Assembly (NCBI GenBank): GCA_963422395.1
Contig: OY729431.1
Span: forward strand, 832,001-896,000
Reading direction: 5' to 3'
From: Vicinamibacteria bacterium
Lineage (GTDB): Bacteria > Acidobacteriota > Vicinamibacteria > Marinacidobacterales > Marinacidobacteraceae
Length of the DNA stretch: 64,000 nt
The notes under the pieces were generated by a model. That model had not been told where the DNA came from. It was given only the letters and a program-made list of their open reading frames with translations, and made no database searches. The position numbers and the translations under genes were made by a program. Positions 49,594 to 59,853 of the stretch are shown here, piece by piece (position 1 is the stretch's first letter; each line of letters starts with the position of its first letter).

Positions 49594-49832
49594 AACCGCC
49601 GAGTGTGGTAATGTCCCGCCTACAAGAGATATCGGCTCGGAAAGATTGATCGTGACGACTGAAGATCCTGATCGCCCTATTGTGGGCTGTTGACGCGTTT
49701 CGTTGATGCCGGCCGGAAGTTGGGAGTAACCCAACCCATGACAGGACTAGTCGCGGTGAGATCCAGGATGATCTTTCCCCGGCGGGACCTGAAAACCACC
49801 GTTTTCCGTCCCCGGCAACAGGTAACGCTCCC

Positions 49833-50102
49833 TTGGCACTGACCCCGGCCCTCAAGCAAGAGATCATCGAAAAGCATCGGCTCCACGACCAGGATGCCGG
49901 TTCTCCGGAAGTTCAGGTTGCGCTGCTCACTGCCCGGATCACCGGGCTCGCCGGTCATTTCGGCGAGAATGCGAAAGATCACGCGTCCCGGCGGGGGCTA
50001 CTGAAGATGGTGAGTCGGCGGCGGCGGCTGCTCGACTACCTTCGTCGCGAAGATGTCGATCGCTACCGGCGGCTGATCACGGAACTCCGACTCAGAAAAT
50101 AG
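49833..50102 (+). CDS. rpsO: 30S ribosomal protein S15
   Basis: [26 protein letters not shown]. Confidence 0.97.
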   Translation: MALTPALKQEIIEKHRLHDQDAGSPEVQVALLTARITGLAGHFGENAKDHASRRGLLKMVSRRRRLLDYLRREDVDRYRRLITELRLRK

Positions 50103-50190
50103 CCTCCGGGCTTGAAATAGACAGCGCGGTTCTGGCGCCGCATGGCGCCGGGTGCTCTGCGCCGCAAGGAAACCAAGGAAGGGATTCAGA

Positions 50191-52479
50191 TTGACAGAAA
50201 CTGTAAGTACACGGATCGGCGAGAACGATCTGATCATCGAGACCGGAAGGCTGGCCCGGCAGGCCGCCGGGTCGGTCACGGTGCGGCTCGGGGACACGAT
50301 GGTGCTGGCGACGGTCAGCGCGTCCCGGCAGGATCGCCCCGATGTGGATTTTTTGCCGCTCGCGGTGGACTACCGAGAGAACTTCTACGCTGCGGGCCGC
50401 ATTCCCGGCGGGTTCTTCAAACGTGAAGGCCGCCCCAACGAGCGGGAGATCCTCACCTGTCGGCTGATCGATCGTCCATTGCGCCCGCTGTTTCCGAGCG
50501 GCTGGCGCCGGGAGACCCAAGTGACCTGCCTGCTCCTTTCGACCGACCGGGAGAACGACTCCGATGTCCTGGCGATCACCGGGGCGGCGGCGGCGCTCGG
50601 GATTTCGGACCTGCCGTTCGACACTGGAATCGGCGCGGTGCGGGTCGGGCGGGTGAAGGACGAATTCGTGCTCTGTCCGACCTTCGGGCAGCTCGAGCAA
50701 TCGACCCTCAACCTGGTGGTTGCCGGTTCCGACGATGCGATCGTGATGGTCGAGGCAGGGGCCCAGGAGTTGCCGGAGGCCCTGATGGTGGAAGCGCTGG
50801 GCTTCGCGCATGAAGGGATCCGCCGGATCGTGGGTATCCAGCAGGAACTGGTGCGGCGGATCCAGCCCAAGAAGCAGGTCGTGGTCTCGCGCGACCCGGA
50901 TCCCGAGCTCGTCGGCGAAATCGGTGAGAAGTTCCAGGAGAGTTTGCAGCAGGCGATGCAGACACCGGGCAAGGCCGCGGCCTCGCTCGCGGTGGGCGCA
51001 GTGAAGACGGCGATCTCCGAGAGTCTCGAAAGCCGCTCTGATGAGGAACGCGCCCAGGCCGGAGCCATCGTCGAGTCCCTCGAGGAGAACATCCTGCGGC
51101 GGACGATCCTCGACAGCGGCAAGCGGCTCGATGGGCGGGCCTTCGACGAGATTCGCCAACTGGGGTGCGAAGTCGGGGTGCTGCCCCGAACCCACGGCTC
51201 GGCGGTGTTCACTCGCGGCGAGACCCAGGCGCTCGTGGTCACCACCCTCGCTCCGCTGAGCGAGAGCCAGCGTCTCGACTGGGTCCACGGCTCCGGCGAG
51301 AAACGCTTCATGCTCCACTACAACTTCCCGGCCTTCTCGGTCGGCGAGGCCCGCATGATGCGCGGTCCCGGCCGCCGGGAGATCGGCCACGGAGCGCTCG
51401 CCGAGCGGGCACTGGCGCGGGCGATCCCCGGAGAGGCGGAGTTCAACTACGCCATCCGGGTGGTTTCGGACACTCTCGAGTCGAACGGATCGAGCTCCAT
51501 GGCTGCGGTCACCGGCGGCTGTCTCTCGCTCATGGACGCGGGGGTCCCGCTCAAAGCTCCCATCGCCGGGATCGCGATGGGGCTGATCACCGAGGGCGAC
51601 GAGTACCGGATCCTGACCGATATCGCCGGGGCCGAGGACCACTACGGCGATATGGACTTCAAGGTGGCGGGCACCGCGAGCGGGATCACCGCCCTGCAGA
51701 TGGACATCAAGATCGCGGGGCTCCGGCTCGACATCGTCGCCGAGGCACTCGAGCGGGCGCGGCAGGCGCGGATCGTGATCCTCCGCGCGATGGCGGAGGC
51801 TCTCCCCGAACCGCGCAAGGAGACCTCTCCTCATGCACCGGCGATCCTCACCATGAAGATTCCGATGCGGAAGATCCGGGATGTCATCGGCCCTGGCGGC
51901 AAGACCATCCGCTCCATCACCGATGAAACCGGAGCGCGGGTGGATGTGTCCGACGACGGGTCCATCCAGATCGCGGGGAGCGACGCCGCAGCCGCCCAGA
52001 AGGCGAGGGAACGCATCGAGTCCATCGCGCACAGTCAGGTGCCCGAAGTCGGCAAGGACTACAACGGCGTCGTGAAGACCATCGTGGACTTCGGCGCCTT
52101 CGTGGAGATCCTGCCGGGAACCGATGGATTGCTCCACATCTCCGAGATCGCCGACCGCCATGTGGACAGCGTGCGCGACGAGCTGCAGGAGGGTGATGAA
52201 GTCGAAGTCCGGGTGATCGAGGTGGACGGCAACGGACGAACCCGCCTCTCCTGCAAGGACATCATCCGGGAACGCGCCGGGCTGCCGCCGCTTCCGCCCC
52301 GCTCTCCGAGGCGGCGAGGAGGCCGTGATGGCGGCGGTGGAGGCCGCGATGGCGGTGGAGGTCGCGATGGCGGTGGGGGCCGCGATCATCATCGCGGCGG
52401 CGGCGGCGGCGGACGTGATCGCGATCATCGCGGCGGGGGCCGCGATCATCGTGGCGGCGGACGAGATCGCCGACGGTAA
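50191..52479 (+). CDS. pnp: Polyribonucleotide nucleotidyltransferase with RGG/RD-rich tail
   Basis: GGFFKREG, RREIGHG, ESNGSSSMA, EDHYGDMDFK, KH and S1 domains; TTG start. Confidence 0.97.
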   Translation: MTETVSTRIGENDLIIETGRLARQAAGSVTVRLGDTMVLATVSASRQDRPDVDFLPLAVDYRENFYAAGRIPGGFFKREGRPNEREILTCRLIDRPLRPLFPSGWRRETQVTCLLLSTDRENDSDVLAITGAAAALGISDLPFDTGIGAVRVGRVKDEFVLCPTFGQLEQSTLNLVVAGSDDAIVMVEAGAQELPEALMVEALGFAHEGIRRIVGIQQELVRRIQPKKQVVVSRDPDPELVGEIGEKFQESLQQAMQTPGKAAASLAVGAVKTAISESLESRSDEERAQAGAIVESLEENILRRTILDSGKRLDGRAFDEIRQLGCEVGVLPRTHGSAVFTRGETQALVVTTLAPLSESQRLDWVHGSGEKRFMLHYNFPAFSVGEARMMRGPGRREIGHGALAERALARAIPGEAEFNYAIRVVSDTLESNGSSSMAAVTGGCLSLMDAGVPLKAPIAGIAMGLITEGDEYRILTDIAGAEDHYGDMDFKVAGTASGITALQMDIKIAGLRLDIVAEALERARQARIVILRAMAEALPEPRKETSPHAPAILTMKIPMRKIRDVIGPGGKTIRSITDETGARVDVSDDGSIQIAGSDAAAAQKARERIESIAHSQVPEVGKDYNGVVKTIVDFGAFVEILPGTDGLLHISEIADRHVDSVRDELQEGDEVEVRVIEVDGNGRTRLSCKDIIRERAGLPPLPPRSPRRRGGRDGGGGGRDGGGGRDGGGGRDHHRGGGGGGRDRDHRGGGRDHRGGGRDRRR

Positions 52480-52545
52480 TAACGGCTCCGCGTCGAAAGA
52501 GCGTCCCGTGTCCATCCAGCTCAGGGCACTCCGGCCCTAGCAGAA

Positions 52546-53469
52546 TCAGTAGCCAGAGTCAGCAAGGGTTGCCGCCGGCGGGAGCGGCGACCCGGTGATC
52601 CGTTCGTACGCGCTCAGAAAGCGCTCCGTCGTGCCTCGAATCACGGCTTCGGGAAGGCGCGGCGCCGGGGGCGTCTTGTCCCAATCCAAGGTTTCCAGAT
52701 AGTCGCGCACGAACTGCTTGTCGAAACTCGGCTGCAGCTTGCCGGGGGCGTATTCGTCTGCCGGCCAGAAGCGGGAGGAATCGGGAGTCAGCACTTCGTC
52801 GATCAGACAGATCCGTCCGTCGTCGTCGAGGCCGAACTCGAACTTGGTGTCGGCGATGATGATGCCCCGTTCCGCCGCCCAGGCGACTCCGGTCGTGTAG
52901 ATCTCGCGGGAGACTTCGTGAAGCCGGGTCGTCAGTTCTCTTCCGATGGCGTTCGCCATGAAGTCCTCGCTGATGTTCTGGTCGTGTCCGTCTTCGGCCT
53001 TGGTGGCCGGAGTGAAGAGCGGTTCGGGAAAACGGTCGGCGAGTGACATGCCCTCGGGCAGGGGGATGCCGCAGACGCTTCCTTCCCTGCGGTACTCCTT
53101 CCAGCCCGAGCCGTAGAGGAAGCCGCGCATCACGCACTCGAAGGGAATCGGAGTGAGGCGCTCGACGAGCATGGAGCGGCCGTCGAGGACGGCTTTCGCC
53201 GGAGAGAGAACTTCGGGGTAATCGTTCACCTCGGCGGTGACCAGGTGGTTTCGGACGATGGTTTCGGTCCGACGGAGCCACCAGGCGCTCAGACCGTTCA
53301 GTACCCGCCCCTTCTCCGGGATCCCGTCCGGAAGAACCACATCGAACGCCGACACCCGGTCGGTGGTCACGAGCAGGAGCTGCCCGCCGACCTCGTAGAT
53401 GTCGCGGATCTTGCCGCGGCTATGGAGGGAGGCGCCTTCGATCGAAGTATTCAGGACGGGTTGGGGCAT
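52546..53469 (-). CDS. purC: SAICAR synthase
   Basis: GKIRDIY, DRVSAFD, IADTKFEFG, DEVLTPDSSRFW. Confidence 0.97.
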   Translation of the reverse strand: MPQPVLNTSIEGASLHSRGKIRDIYEVGGQLLLVTTDRVSAFDVVLPDGIPEKGRVLNGLSAWWLRRTETIVRNHLVTAEVNDYPEVLSPAKAVLDGRSMLVERLTPIPFECVMRGFLYGSGWKEYRREGSVCGIPLPEGMSLADRFPEPLFTPATKAEDGHDQNISEDFMANAIGRELTTRLHEVSREIYTTGVAWAAERGIIIADTKFEFGLDDDGRICLIDEVLTPDSSRFWPADEYAPGKLQPSFDKQFVRDYLETLDWDKTPPAPRLPEAVIRGTTERFLSAYERITGSPLPPAATLADSGY

Positions 53470-53571
53470 GGTGCGGAGATGGTACGGGCAGAAACGCCCC
53501 GCGAAGCAGTGGAGCGAACCGCCTTGCAGTTCCGCGCTTCCGCCGCGGCCCGGCGGATTTCGTGCGCGGGA

Positions 53572-54558
53572 TCAGGGTTCGTCGTCGATTCGGACGCGGG
53601 CGGTGCCATTGCCGGTGCGGAGCCGGATGCGAGCTCCGGCGCCCGCGCCCACTGCCGCCACCGCGAGCGGCCCGCGTCGTTTCCAGGAGAGAGGTTGCGG
53701 GCTGTCTTCCGTTTCGCGGTCGCCGAGGATGCTGATCTCGGCGTCCGCATTCCGGGGTAGCGCGAGCCGCACGCTGCCGTTTGCGGTCCGGAGGATCCAA
53801 TCTCCCCTGAGCGGAGCGGCGGAAGCCCGGGCGTCCACTTCGATCCGCCCGTCCGCGGAAACTGCCCACACTTCGCGAAGCGCCCCAGCGAGACGGATTC
53901 GGCCTTCGCCGGACTCGGCGCGCACCCGGCCTTCGAGATCGTTGCCTTCGATCCGTCCTCGAACGGTGCGCAGCCGGATGGGCTCGCCGCTCTGGCCCGA
54001 GGGCGAGCGGAGGGACACTGCGCGGATTCGTCCCTGGCCGGTCATCACCCGGACCGGGCCGGAAAGGCCGCGCAGCTCGATCCGCCCGGCGGTGGTGCGG
54101 GCGTCCACCGCGGCTCCTTCGGGGACCGCGATGCGAAGCTGCAGTCCGAGCCTCTCACCCGGGCGCCAGACTCCGGCAGCGGCGGACCGGCCGGTGACGA
54201 ACAGCGCGTCCGTCACCGGGTCGGGACGCGCCTCGACGAGCAGCGTCTCGAGCGCGGAGCGCGCGGCCTCTCGGGAAAATGACCAAGCCGACCGCCGCAC
54301 TTCGATCTCCACCCACGCTCCGGGGTGTTCGGAGATCACCAGGGAGCCGCGGTCGAGCCGCACGATCAACCCCTGCCCCGCAGGATGGCGGAGGTTCTCG
54401 ACCGAGGTCTCTCTGATGGGGGGCTGGCAGCCCGAGAGCCCGAAAGCGAACAGAATTCCGAGCGCGAGAAGGGACGGTGCGGACGAGACCCTGGCAGTCT
54501 GTGGATGAAGCGGCGTGAGCCCCCAGAGCGGGGACGGCGCGCGGGAGGAGCGGGTCAC
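53572..54558 (-). CDS. DUF4097 (toastrack) beta-strand repeat lipoprotein
   Basis: Lipobox LSGC; repeats of T..GRI. Confidence 0.75.
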   Translation of the reverse strand: MTRSSRAPSPLWGLTPLHPQTARVSSAPSLLALGILFAFGLSGCQPPIRETSVENLRHPAGQGLIVRLDRGSLVISEHPGAWVEIEVRRSAWSFSREAARSALETLLVEARPDPVTDALFVTGRSAAAGVWRPGERLGLQLRIAVPEGAAVDARTTAGRIELRGLSGPVRVMTGQGRIRAVSLRSPSGQSGEPIRLRTVRGRIEGNDLEGRVRAESGEGRIRLAGALREVWAVSADGRIEVDARASAAPLRGDWILRTANGSVRLALPRNADAEISILGDRETEDSPQPLSWKRRGPLAVAAVGAGAGARIRLRTGNGTARVRIDDEP

Positions 54559-56312
54559 CGGGGTTCTCGGGAGCGAATCACGATCTCCCCCGTCGTGGTG
54601 GACACCGAAACGAGCGGCCCGCCGGCAGCCTCCGCGTTGCGCCAGACCAAGTATTCCTCGGGGGGGTCTCCGGGATGGTCACTCTCTCGGACCGACTCGA
54701 GCTCGAAGTCGCTGACGACTTCTTCCACCCCGGGGTCCACCCGGAGGGTGAAGGGCTCCCCGGCAGAAATCCGGAGTGCGATATCCCCGCTGCCGGTGTG
54801 CAGGGAAATCTCCCCTTCCATGCTGTCCACCGTCGCCTCGAGGTCGGCATCGCCGCCATCCAGCGAGAGCGGCCCCCGGAATTCCCGCACCGTGACCGCG
54901 CCGGCATCGGCGGCGATGACCACCGGCCCCGAGAGGCCGGAGGCGAGCACCTCGCTGCGGCCGGAGGCGATCTTCGTATTGCCCGAGATTCCGTCGACGA
55001 GCAAGATGCCGCCGGACTGCGAGATATCCACCCCGGAACCGGCGGCCCGCACTTCGACCACCGCGGACTCCGCCCGGATGGTGAGGGCCCCGGCCACCGA
55101 GGCGGCGAGAACCGGACCGTAGTCGGAGCGCACCCGCGCTTCCCGGGCGATCCCGCGGAGGCTCACGGGGGCGATGCTCGCCTTCACCTCGACCGGGCCG
55201 ACCGCCTCCGAGATTTCGACCGGAGCATCTTCCCCGGTCACGGTGACCCGCCCGGCGGCGTCCGCGATCCATACGGGCGCGCCGTCAGACTCGACGGAAA
55301 CCGCCCGCTCCACCGATTCGACCTCGATCACGGCGCGCCGGCCGCGAATCCGGAGCGGGCCGCCGATCCCGGCGGCCCAGACCACTCCGTCGCGCGCCGA
55401 AAGGAAGACTTCACCCAGGGCGCCCTCGACCTCCAGCACGCCCCCACTGCCCCGGGCGGTCACATCCGAGAACGGGCCGCGGATGCGGATCGGCCCTCGC
55501 CCGCTCACTGCGGAAATGGCGACCCCCGGAGGCGCGGTCACCACGAGATCGAGCGCGATCTCGGAATCCCCGTCGTCCTCCACGCCGATGACGATCCGGT
55601 GTCCATCGTCTGGCGCGCCGTTCTCCGCGGTGGAGGAGGTGAGCCGAACCGTCTCTGCCCGGGAGGTGGCTTCCCTGCGATTCTCGGCCCAGACCCGTTT
55701 CGTGAGAGTGAGGCGGACTTCGCGCGGTGCCGGCGGCGCGCTGCCGGCGGCCGGGGGTTCCGCGGCTGGGGAATCCGCGGCGATCGGTTCGCCGCCAGCT
55801 CGGGATGCCGGCGGAGTGACGGCAGTCGGTTCGGTAGGCAGTGCGGCTTCGACCAGAATTCCTCCCCGGGGCAGTTCCAGTGCGATCTCCACGCTCCCTG
55901 CAGTCGGTACGGAGATCTTCCGTTCCTCGACGAACACCTGTTGGGGCCGGGGGGAAGCCTGGTCTTCGGCCCAGCGGCTCAGTTCGGTGAGGCGGAAGCG
56001 GATGTCGTGTCCTTCGATGATCCGCCGCGCGAAGGTGAGGCCGGTGCCGAAGACCACGAGGAGGACGAGCAGGACGATCTCGACGAACCCGAAGCGGGCT
56101 CGTCCGGTGCGGAGTCGGGTCCCGACCTTCCACACCCCCCACAGAATCAGGATCGCCGGCCACCACACCGCGAGGTGCGGCAGCAGATCGAGGATCCACA
56201 GCGCGAGCCGCGCCCCGGCGAGATTGATGGCGAGCGCGAGTCCGCCGACGAGGATCAGTGCCGCTCCGAGCGCAGTGGCGCAGCCGCTGCCGCGGCGCAC
56301 GGCGCCGGTCAC
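54555..56312 (-). CDS. Membrane-anchored DUF4097 beta-strand repeat protein (LiaF/DUF5668-like N-terminus)
   Basis: N-terminal TMs with WWPAILILWG; long beta-repeat region ending TTTGEIVI. Confidence 0.75.
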   Translation of the reverse strand: MTGAVRRGSGCATALGAALILVGGLALAINLAGARLALWILDLLPHLAVWWPAILILWGVWKVGTRLRTGRARFGFVEIVLLVLLVVFGTGLTFARRIIEGHDIRFRLTELSRWAEDQASPRPQQVFVEERKISVPTAGSVEIALELPRGGILVEAALPTEPTAVTPPASRAGGEPIAADSPAAEPPAAGSAPPAPREVRLTLTKRVWAENRREATSRAETVRLTSSTAENGAPDDGHRIVIGVEDDGDSEIALDLVVTAPPGVAISAVSGRGPIRIRGPFSDVTARGSGGVLEVEGALGEVFLSARDGVVWAAGIGGPLRIRGRRAVIEVESVERAVSVESDGAPVWIADAAGRVTVTGEDAPVEISEAVGPVEVKASIAPVSLRGIAREARVRSDYGPVLAASVAGALTIRAESAVVEVRAAGSGVDISQSGGILLVDGISGNTKIASGRSEVLASGLSGPVVIAADAGAVTVREFRGPLSLDGGDADLEATVDSMEGEISLHTGSGDIALRISAGEPFTLRVDPGVEEVVSDFELESVRESDHPGDPPEEYLVWRNAEAAGGPLVSVSTTTGEIVIRSREPR

Positions 56313-56509
56313 TGCGGTGGCGGCGGCGGCGGTTCGGAAGCGGTGCGGCGGTTCGCGAGCACGATCCGCAGCCCGATTGCGATGAGGAGGACTGGCCAGA
56401 AGCGGAACAGGTCGTCCAGATCGAGGAAGCCGAGGCTGTTCGCCAGGAACGCGACCCCAGCGATGATCAGCCCCACTCCGGTCCAGCTAGTTTCTCGAGC
56501 CATCGTCAT
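56309..56509 (-). CDS. Small LiaI/LiaF-like (DUF5668) membrane protein
   Basis: GLIIAGVAFL..LG.....FWPVLLIAIG; 4-nt overlaps on both sides. Confidence 0.75.
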   Translation of the reverse strand: MTMARETSWTGVGLIIAGVAFLANSLGFLDLDDLFRFWPVLLIAIGLRIVLANRRTASEPPPPPPQ

Positions 56510-57051
56510 TCCTTCCCCGGAGGTTTCGGCGGCGCGGAGCCCCCGCCTCCGAGTTCGAGGTTTCTTTCCTCCGCTCCCGCTGAGCGGATTGCCCCGTCGG
56601 TGGGCAACGGGTCGGGCGCTTCCTCCGCGGAACGTAGAAAGCCGGGGATCACCGGGCGGCCCCGGAGATGCTGCACCCCGATCCAGAGGAGCAGCAGCGG
56701 CCAAAGGCGTGCTGTCCAGCCGATCCCGGGGATGACCGCCAGGATGGCGACAGCGCCGACGAGAACCAGCCCCAAGGCCCAGCTGCGGTCCAGCGAGATG
56801 TCCGGGCGCCGCCCTTCGGCGCGCGCCTGCGCTGTCTCTTCGGCGACCCGTACTGCGTCGAGGATGCCGAAGAGCCATATTCCTAGAACGGCGAGGCCGC
56901 CCGCGGCGAATCCGGTATGGATGACGGTCTGCAAGGTGGCGAAGAAGATCGCTGCCAGCGCGAAGCCGCGGCTCACTGCACCGGCGTAGAGGTGGCCGAG
57001 GCCGGGAAACAGGACGGAGAGCACTCCGGCGATTGCGGGGGAGCGGTTCAT
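56506..57051 (-). CDS. Membrane protein (TM2/DUF5683-like plus DUF5668-like)
   Basis: LSVLFPGLGHLY motif; LWPLLLLWIG. Confidence 0.7.
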   Translation of the reverse strand: MNRSPAIAGVLSVLFPGLGHLYAGAVSRGFALAAIFFATLQTVIHTGFAAGGLAVLGIWLFGILDAVRVAEETAQARAEGRRPDISLDRSWALGLVLVGAVAILAVIPGIGWTARLWPLLLLWIGVQHLRGRPVIPGFLRSAEEAPDPLPTDGAIRSAGAEERNLELGGGGSAPPKPPGKE

Positions 57052-57656
57052 GGGGCGGTGTCTCCACCAGGATCTGCGGGGATGGTCCCCTCGAAGCCGC
57101 CAGCCGCCGGATCGCGGGCACGGTCGTCGCGGCGGCGGGTAGCGCGTTCCAGGTCGCGGAGGCGGTCGCCCAGGCGGTCCATCCGATCTTCGAGCGCGAT
57201 CCCGAGCGAGGCGCGGAGCACCGCCAGTTCCACGAGGGCCCGGTCGGTCTGCCGGATGGCCGCTGCCCGTAGCTCGCTGACCCCCGTCGAGGCGGCGGCG
57301 AGACTGTCCAACGCACTGCGCAGCGGCGGCGGCTCGAGGAACAGCACGAGTACGGCGGCGGCCGCGGCGGCGAGCCAGGTCGGCCAATAGCGCCCGCGCC
57401 GCCCGTAGAGCGCGCGGAAGGGGGGCAGGGTGACGGAGAGGATCCGCTTGCGGAGCTCGGGGCGTTCCTGGTTCGCGCCGCCGCGGAAGTCCTGGAGCGC
57501 CCGATGGACGCTGCGGAGTTCCCCGTACAGCCGTGCGCGGCGGGGGCTGCGGGACATCTCTTCCCGGACCCTGGCCGCCTCGGCATCGTCCAGTTCTCCG
57601 GCCGCGAGCGCCGAGATCCGAGGCTCTATCCAGGGTTCCATCGGGGTGCCGCTCAC
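57048..57656 (-). CDS. Transmembrane anti-sigma factor (zf-HC2-like, lacking Cys/His ligands)
   Basis: ISALAAGELD....V...; single TM; coupled to the ECF sigma. Confidence 0.7.
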   Translation of the reverse strand: MSGTPMEPWIEPRISALAAGELDDAEAARVREEMSRSPRRARLYGELRSVHRALQDFRGGANQERPELRKRILSVTLPPFRALYGRRGRYWPTWLAAAAAAVLVLFLEPPPLRSALDSLAAASTGVSELRAAAIRQTDRALVELAVLRASLGIALEDRMDRLGDRLRDLERATRRRDDRARDPAAGGFEGTIPADPGGDTAP

Positions 57657-58237
57657 GGCGAGTTCTCCTCCGCGGGCGTCTTGAGGGCGCGGCGCGCCGC
57701 GGCGAGGTTGTGCCGTCCCCGATGGATGCGCGATTTCACGGTGCCGATGGGAATGCCGAGTCGCTCGGCGATCTCGGGATAGTCCAGGTCCATGAGGTCT
57801 CGCAGCAAGACCGGTTCGCCGAGCTCGGGGGGCAGCTGATCCAGCAGCCGGCGCACCCGCGCCGCCTCCTCGCGCCGTTCGGCGATGCTGTCCGGGTGTC
57901 GCCAGGAGGGGATCGAGGCTTCGGGGATCTGTTCCTCGGCGAGCAGCAGCGGAGCGCGGCGCCGCCGGCGATAGGCGTCGATCGCGGCGTTCGTGGCGAC
58001 CTGCCGCACCCAGGCGCCGAGTGCGCCCGAGGGGTCGTAGCTGCGCAGCACGGTCACGAGGCGCATGAAGATGTCCTGGGTGAGCTCATCGGCGTCGTCG
58101 GGAGTGGCGGCGAAACGATAGGCGATGCCCCAGATGGGTCTCTGGAACCGATCCACGAAGCTCCGCCAGGCGTCTTCGCGGCCGGCGAGGCAGTTTTGGG
58201 CGAGTTGGGCATCGGAGATTTTGGCCGGGGAGTCCAA
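57653..58237 (-). CDS. ECF RNA polymerase sigma factor (SigW/SigE-like)
   Basis: DELTQDIF, WVRQVATN, YPEIAERLGIPIGTVKSRIHRGR. Confidence 0.93.
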   Translation of the reverse strand: MDSPAKISDAQLAQNCLAGREDAWRSFVDRFQRPIWGIAYRFAATPDDADELTQDIFMRLVTVLRSYDPSGALGAWVRQVATNAAIDAYRRRRRAPLLLAEEQIPEASIPSWRHPDSIAERREEAARVRRLLDQLPPELGEPVLLRDLMDLDYPEIAERLGIPIGTVKSRIHRGRHNLAAARRALKTPAEENSP

Positions 58238-58324
58238 GGGGGGCGCTTCGCTCTTCTCCCGACTAGGAACCTGTAACGAACCGCGTTCGGCAACGGTTCG
58301 GAAAGGAGTGCTGAAGGATCGCTG

Positions 58325-58822
58325 TCAGCAGGAGGAGGGGCGCCGGCGGTGATCCCGGTGCGCACCGGGGGTCCGCTGCTTCAGGAGTGCGCGGATCTCC
58401 TTCACGAAGTCCTGGGTATCCTGGAAATCGCGGTACACCGAAGCGAAGCGGACGAAGGCTACATGGTCCTCCTGCTTCAGCTCTTCCATCACGACTTCGC
58501 CGATCTGCTTCGCGGGAAGCTCCCGGTCGGGACTCTCGGCCACTACCGCGGCCACTCGGTCGACGATGGCCTCGATCTTCGCTTCGGCGATCCTGCTTCC
58601 GCACGCCTTCCGGAGGCCCGAGAGCACCTTGCTGCGCTCGAAGACCTCGCGGCCGCCGTCCTTCTTGACCACCATGCAGGGAATCTCTTCCACGACTTCG
58701 TAGCTGGTGAAGCGCCGGCCGCATTCGAGGCATTCACGCCGGCGGCGGGTGACTTCGCCTTCCCGACGCTCCCTCGAATCCACCACCCGGTCCTCGGGGT
58801 GGGCGCAGTAGGGGCACTTCAT
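58325..58822 (-). CDS. nrdR: Transcriptional repressor NrdR
   Basis: MKCPYC..D.RVVDSR, RRRRECLECG.RF, VRFASVY. Confidence 0.96.
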   Translation of the reverse strand: MKCPYCAHPEDRVVDSRERREGEVTRRRRECLECGRRFTSYEVVEEIPCMVVKKDGGREVFERSKVLSGLRKACGSRIAEAKIEAIVDRVAAVVAESPDRELPAKQIGEVVMEELKQEDHVAFVRFASVYRDFQDTQDFVKEIRALLKQRTPGAHRDHRRRPSSC

Positions 58823-59769
58823 GGAGGCGTCCCGGAGGCGGCCGCAGCGTATGCGGCTTCGATGGTGCGGGCGGGTTTCCGGAGCCGCAGGTCCTCCTCC
58901 ATGCCGGGCCAGGCTGCGGCCCGCGGCAGGAGGCCGACGATCTCGGAGAACAAGACTTCGGTCCCTTCCGTCCGCGCTTCGCTCAGTACCCGGTCGAAGA
59001 CTTCCGGCAGGGCAGTCGTTCGCCAGTCGAGCAGGTTCATCGAGACTTGAGCCAAGGGGCGGCCGCCGTCGGGGTCCCGCGCCCGGACGCCGATGGCGCG
59101 AAGCGCGGGGAGTCCGCCGCTGCTGGCCCGCACTCGGCGGGCGATGCGGCGCGCCGAGGCCGCATCGTCGGTGTCGAGGTTCTGGTTGAAGGCGATGAGC
59201 GGTTCCCGTGCGCCCACCGAGACCGCTCCGGCGGAGGGGTGGAGCCGGGTGGGGCCGAAATCGGGAGCGATCTCGCCCCGCGACAGGCGGCCAGAGAGTC
59301 CTGGCAGGCCGCCTCGCCGGATTTCCGGGAGCGGACGGCGGTTCGGGCCGCTGCGGCCGTAGAGGAAGACCGGTGCCGCTCCCGAGGCGCCGATCTCCTT
59401 TCCGAGCGAACGGGCGAGCCGGACCGCGTCGTCCATTGACGCTCCCTCCAGGGGAACGATCGGGAGCACATCGAGCGCTCCGGTCCGGGGGTGCTCGCCC
59501 CGGTGCCGCCGCAAGTCGATGTCCCGGAGCGCGATCTCGAAGAGTCGGAGCGCGGCGCGCCGGACCTGCATGGCGTCTCCGGCGAGAGTGAGAACGGTGC
59601 GATGGTGCGAAGCGTCGGAATGGGTGTCGAGGAGAAGAGGGCCGCCCGCTGCTTCGAGCTTCCGAATCGTCCCCCGAGCGCGGCCCTCGCTGAAGTTGGG
59701 GACGCATTCGAGCCAGGTTCCCCGCCTGCTGCCCGGGAGCAGGAGGTCCGAATTTCCCCTCCTCGCCAT
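58819..59769 (-). CDS. Glutamate formimidoyltransferase (stand-alone FT domain)
   Basis: ECVPNFSEGR, HHRTV, GEHPRTGALDV, QVSMNL, SEIVGL. Confidence 0.9.
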   Translation of the reverse strand: MARRGNSDLLLPGSRRGTWLECVPNFSEGRARGTIRKLEAAGGPLLLDTHSDASHHRTVLTLAGDAMQVRRAALRLFEIALRDIDLRRHRGEHPRTGALDVLPIVPLEGASMDDAVRLARSLGKEIGASGAAPVFLYGRSGPNRRPLPEIRRGGLPGLSGRLSRGEIAPDFGPTRLHPSAGAVSVGAREPLIAFNQNLDTDDAASARRIARRVRASSGGLPALRAIGVRARDPDGGRPLAQVSMNLLDWRTTALPEVFDRVLSEARTEGTEVLFSEIVGLLPRAAAWPGMEEDLRLRKPARTIEAAYAAAASGTPP

Positions 59770-59853
59770 GCTGCGGGGGCGAGTATAGTTGCCGGAGTTT
59801 CCTTGGTTTCCAGCGGGTTCCTGTTGGATTCGCATCGCTGCCTGCGCGCTCCA

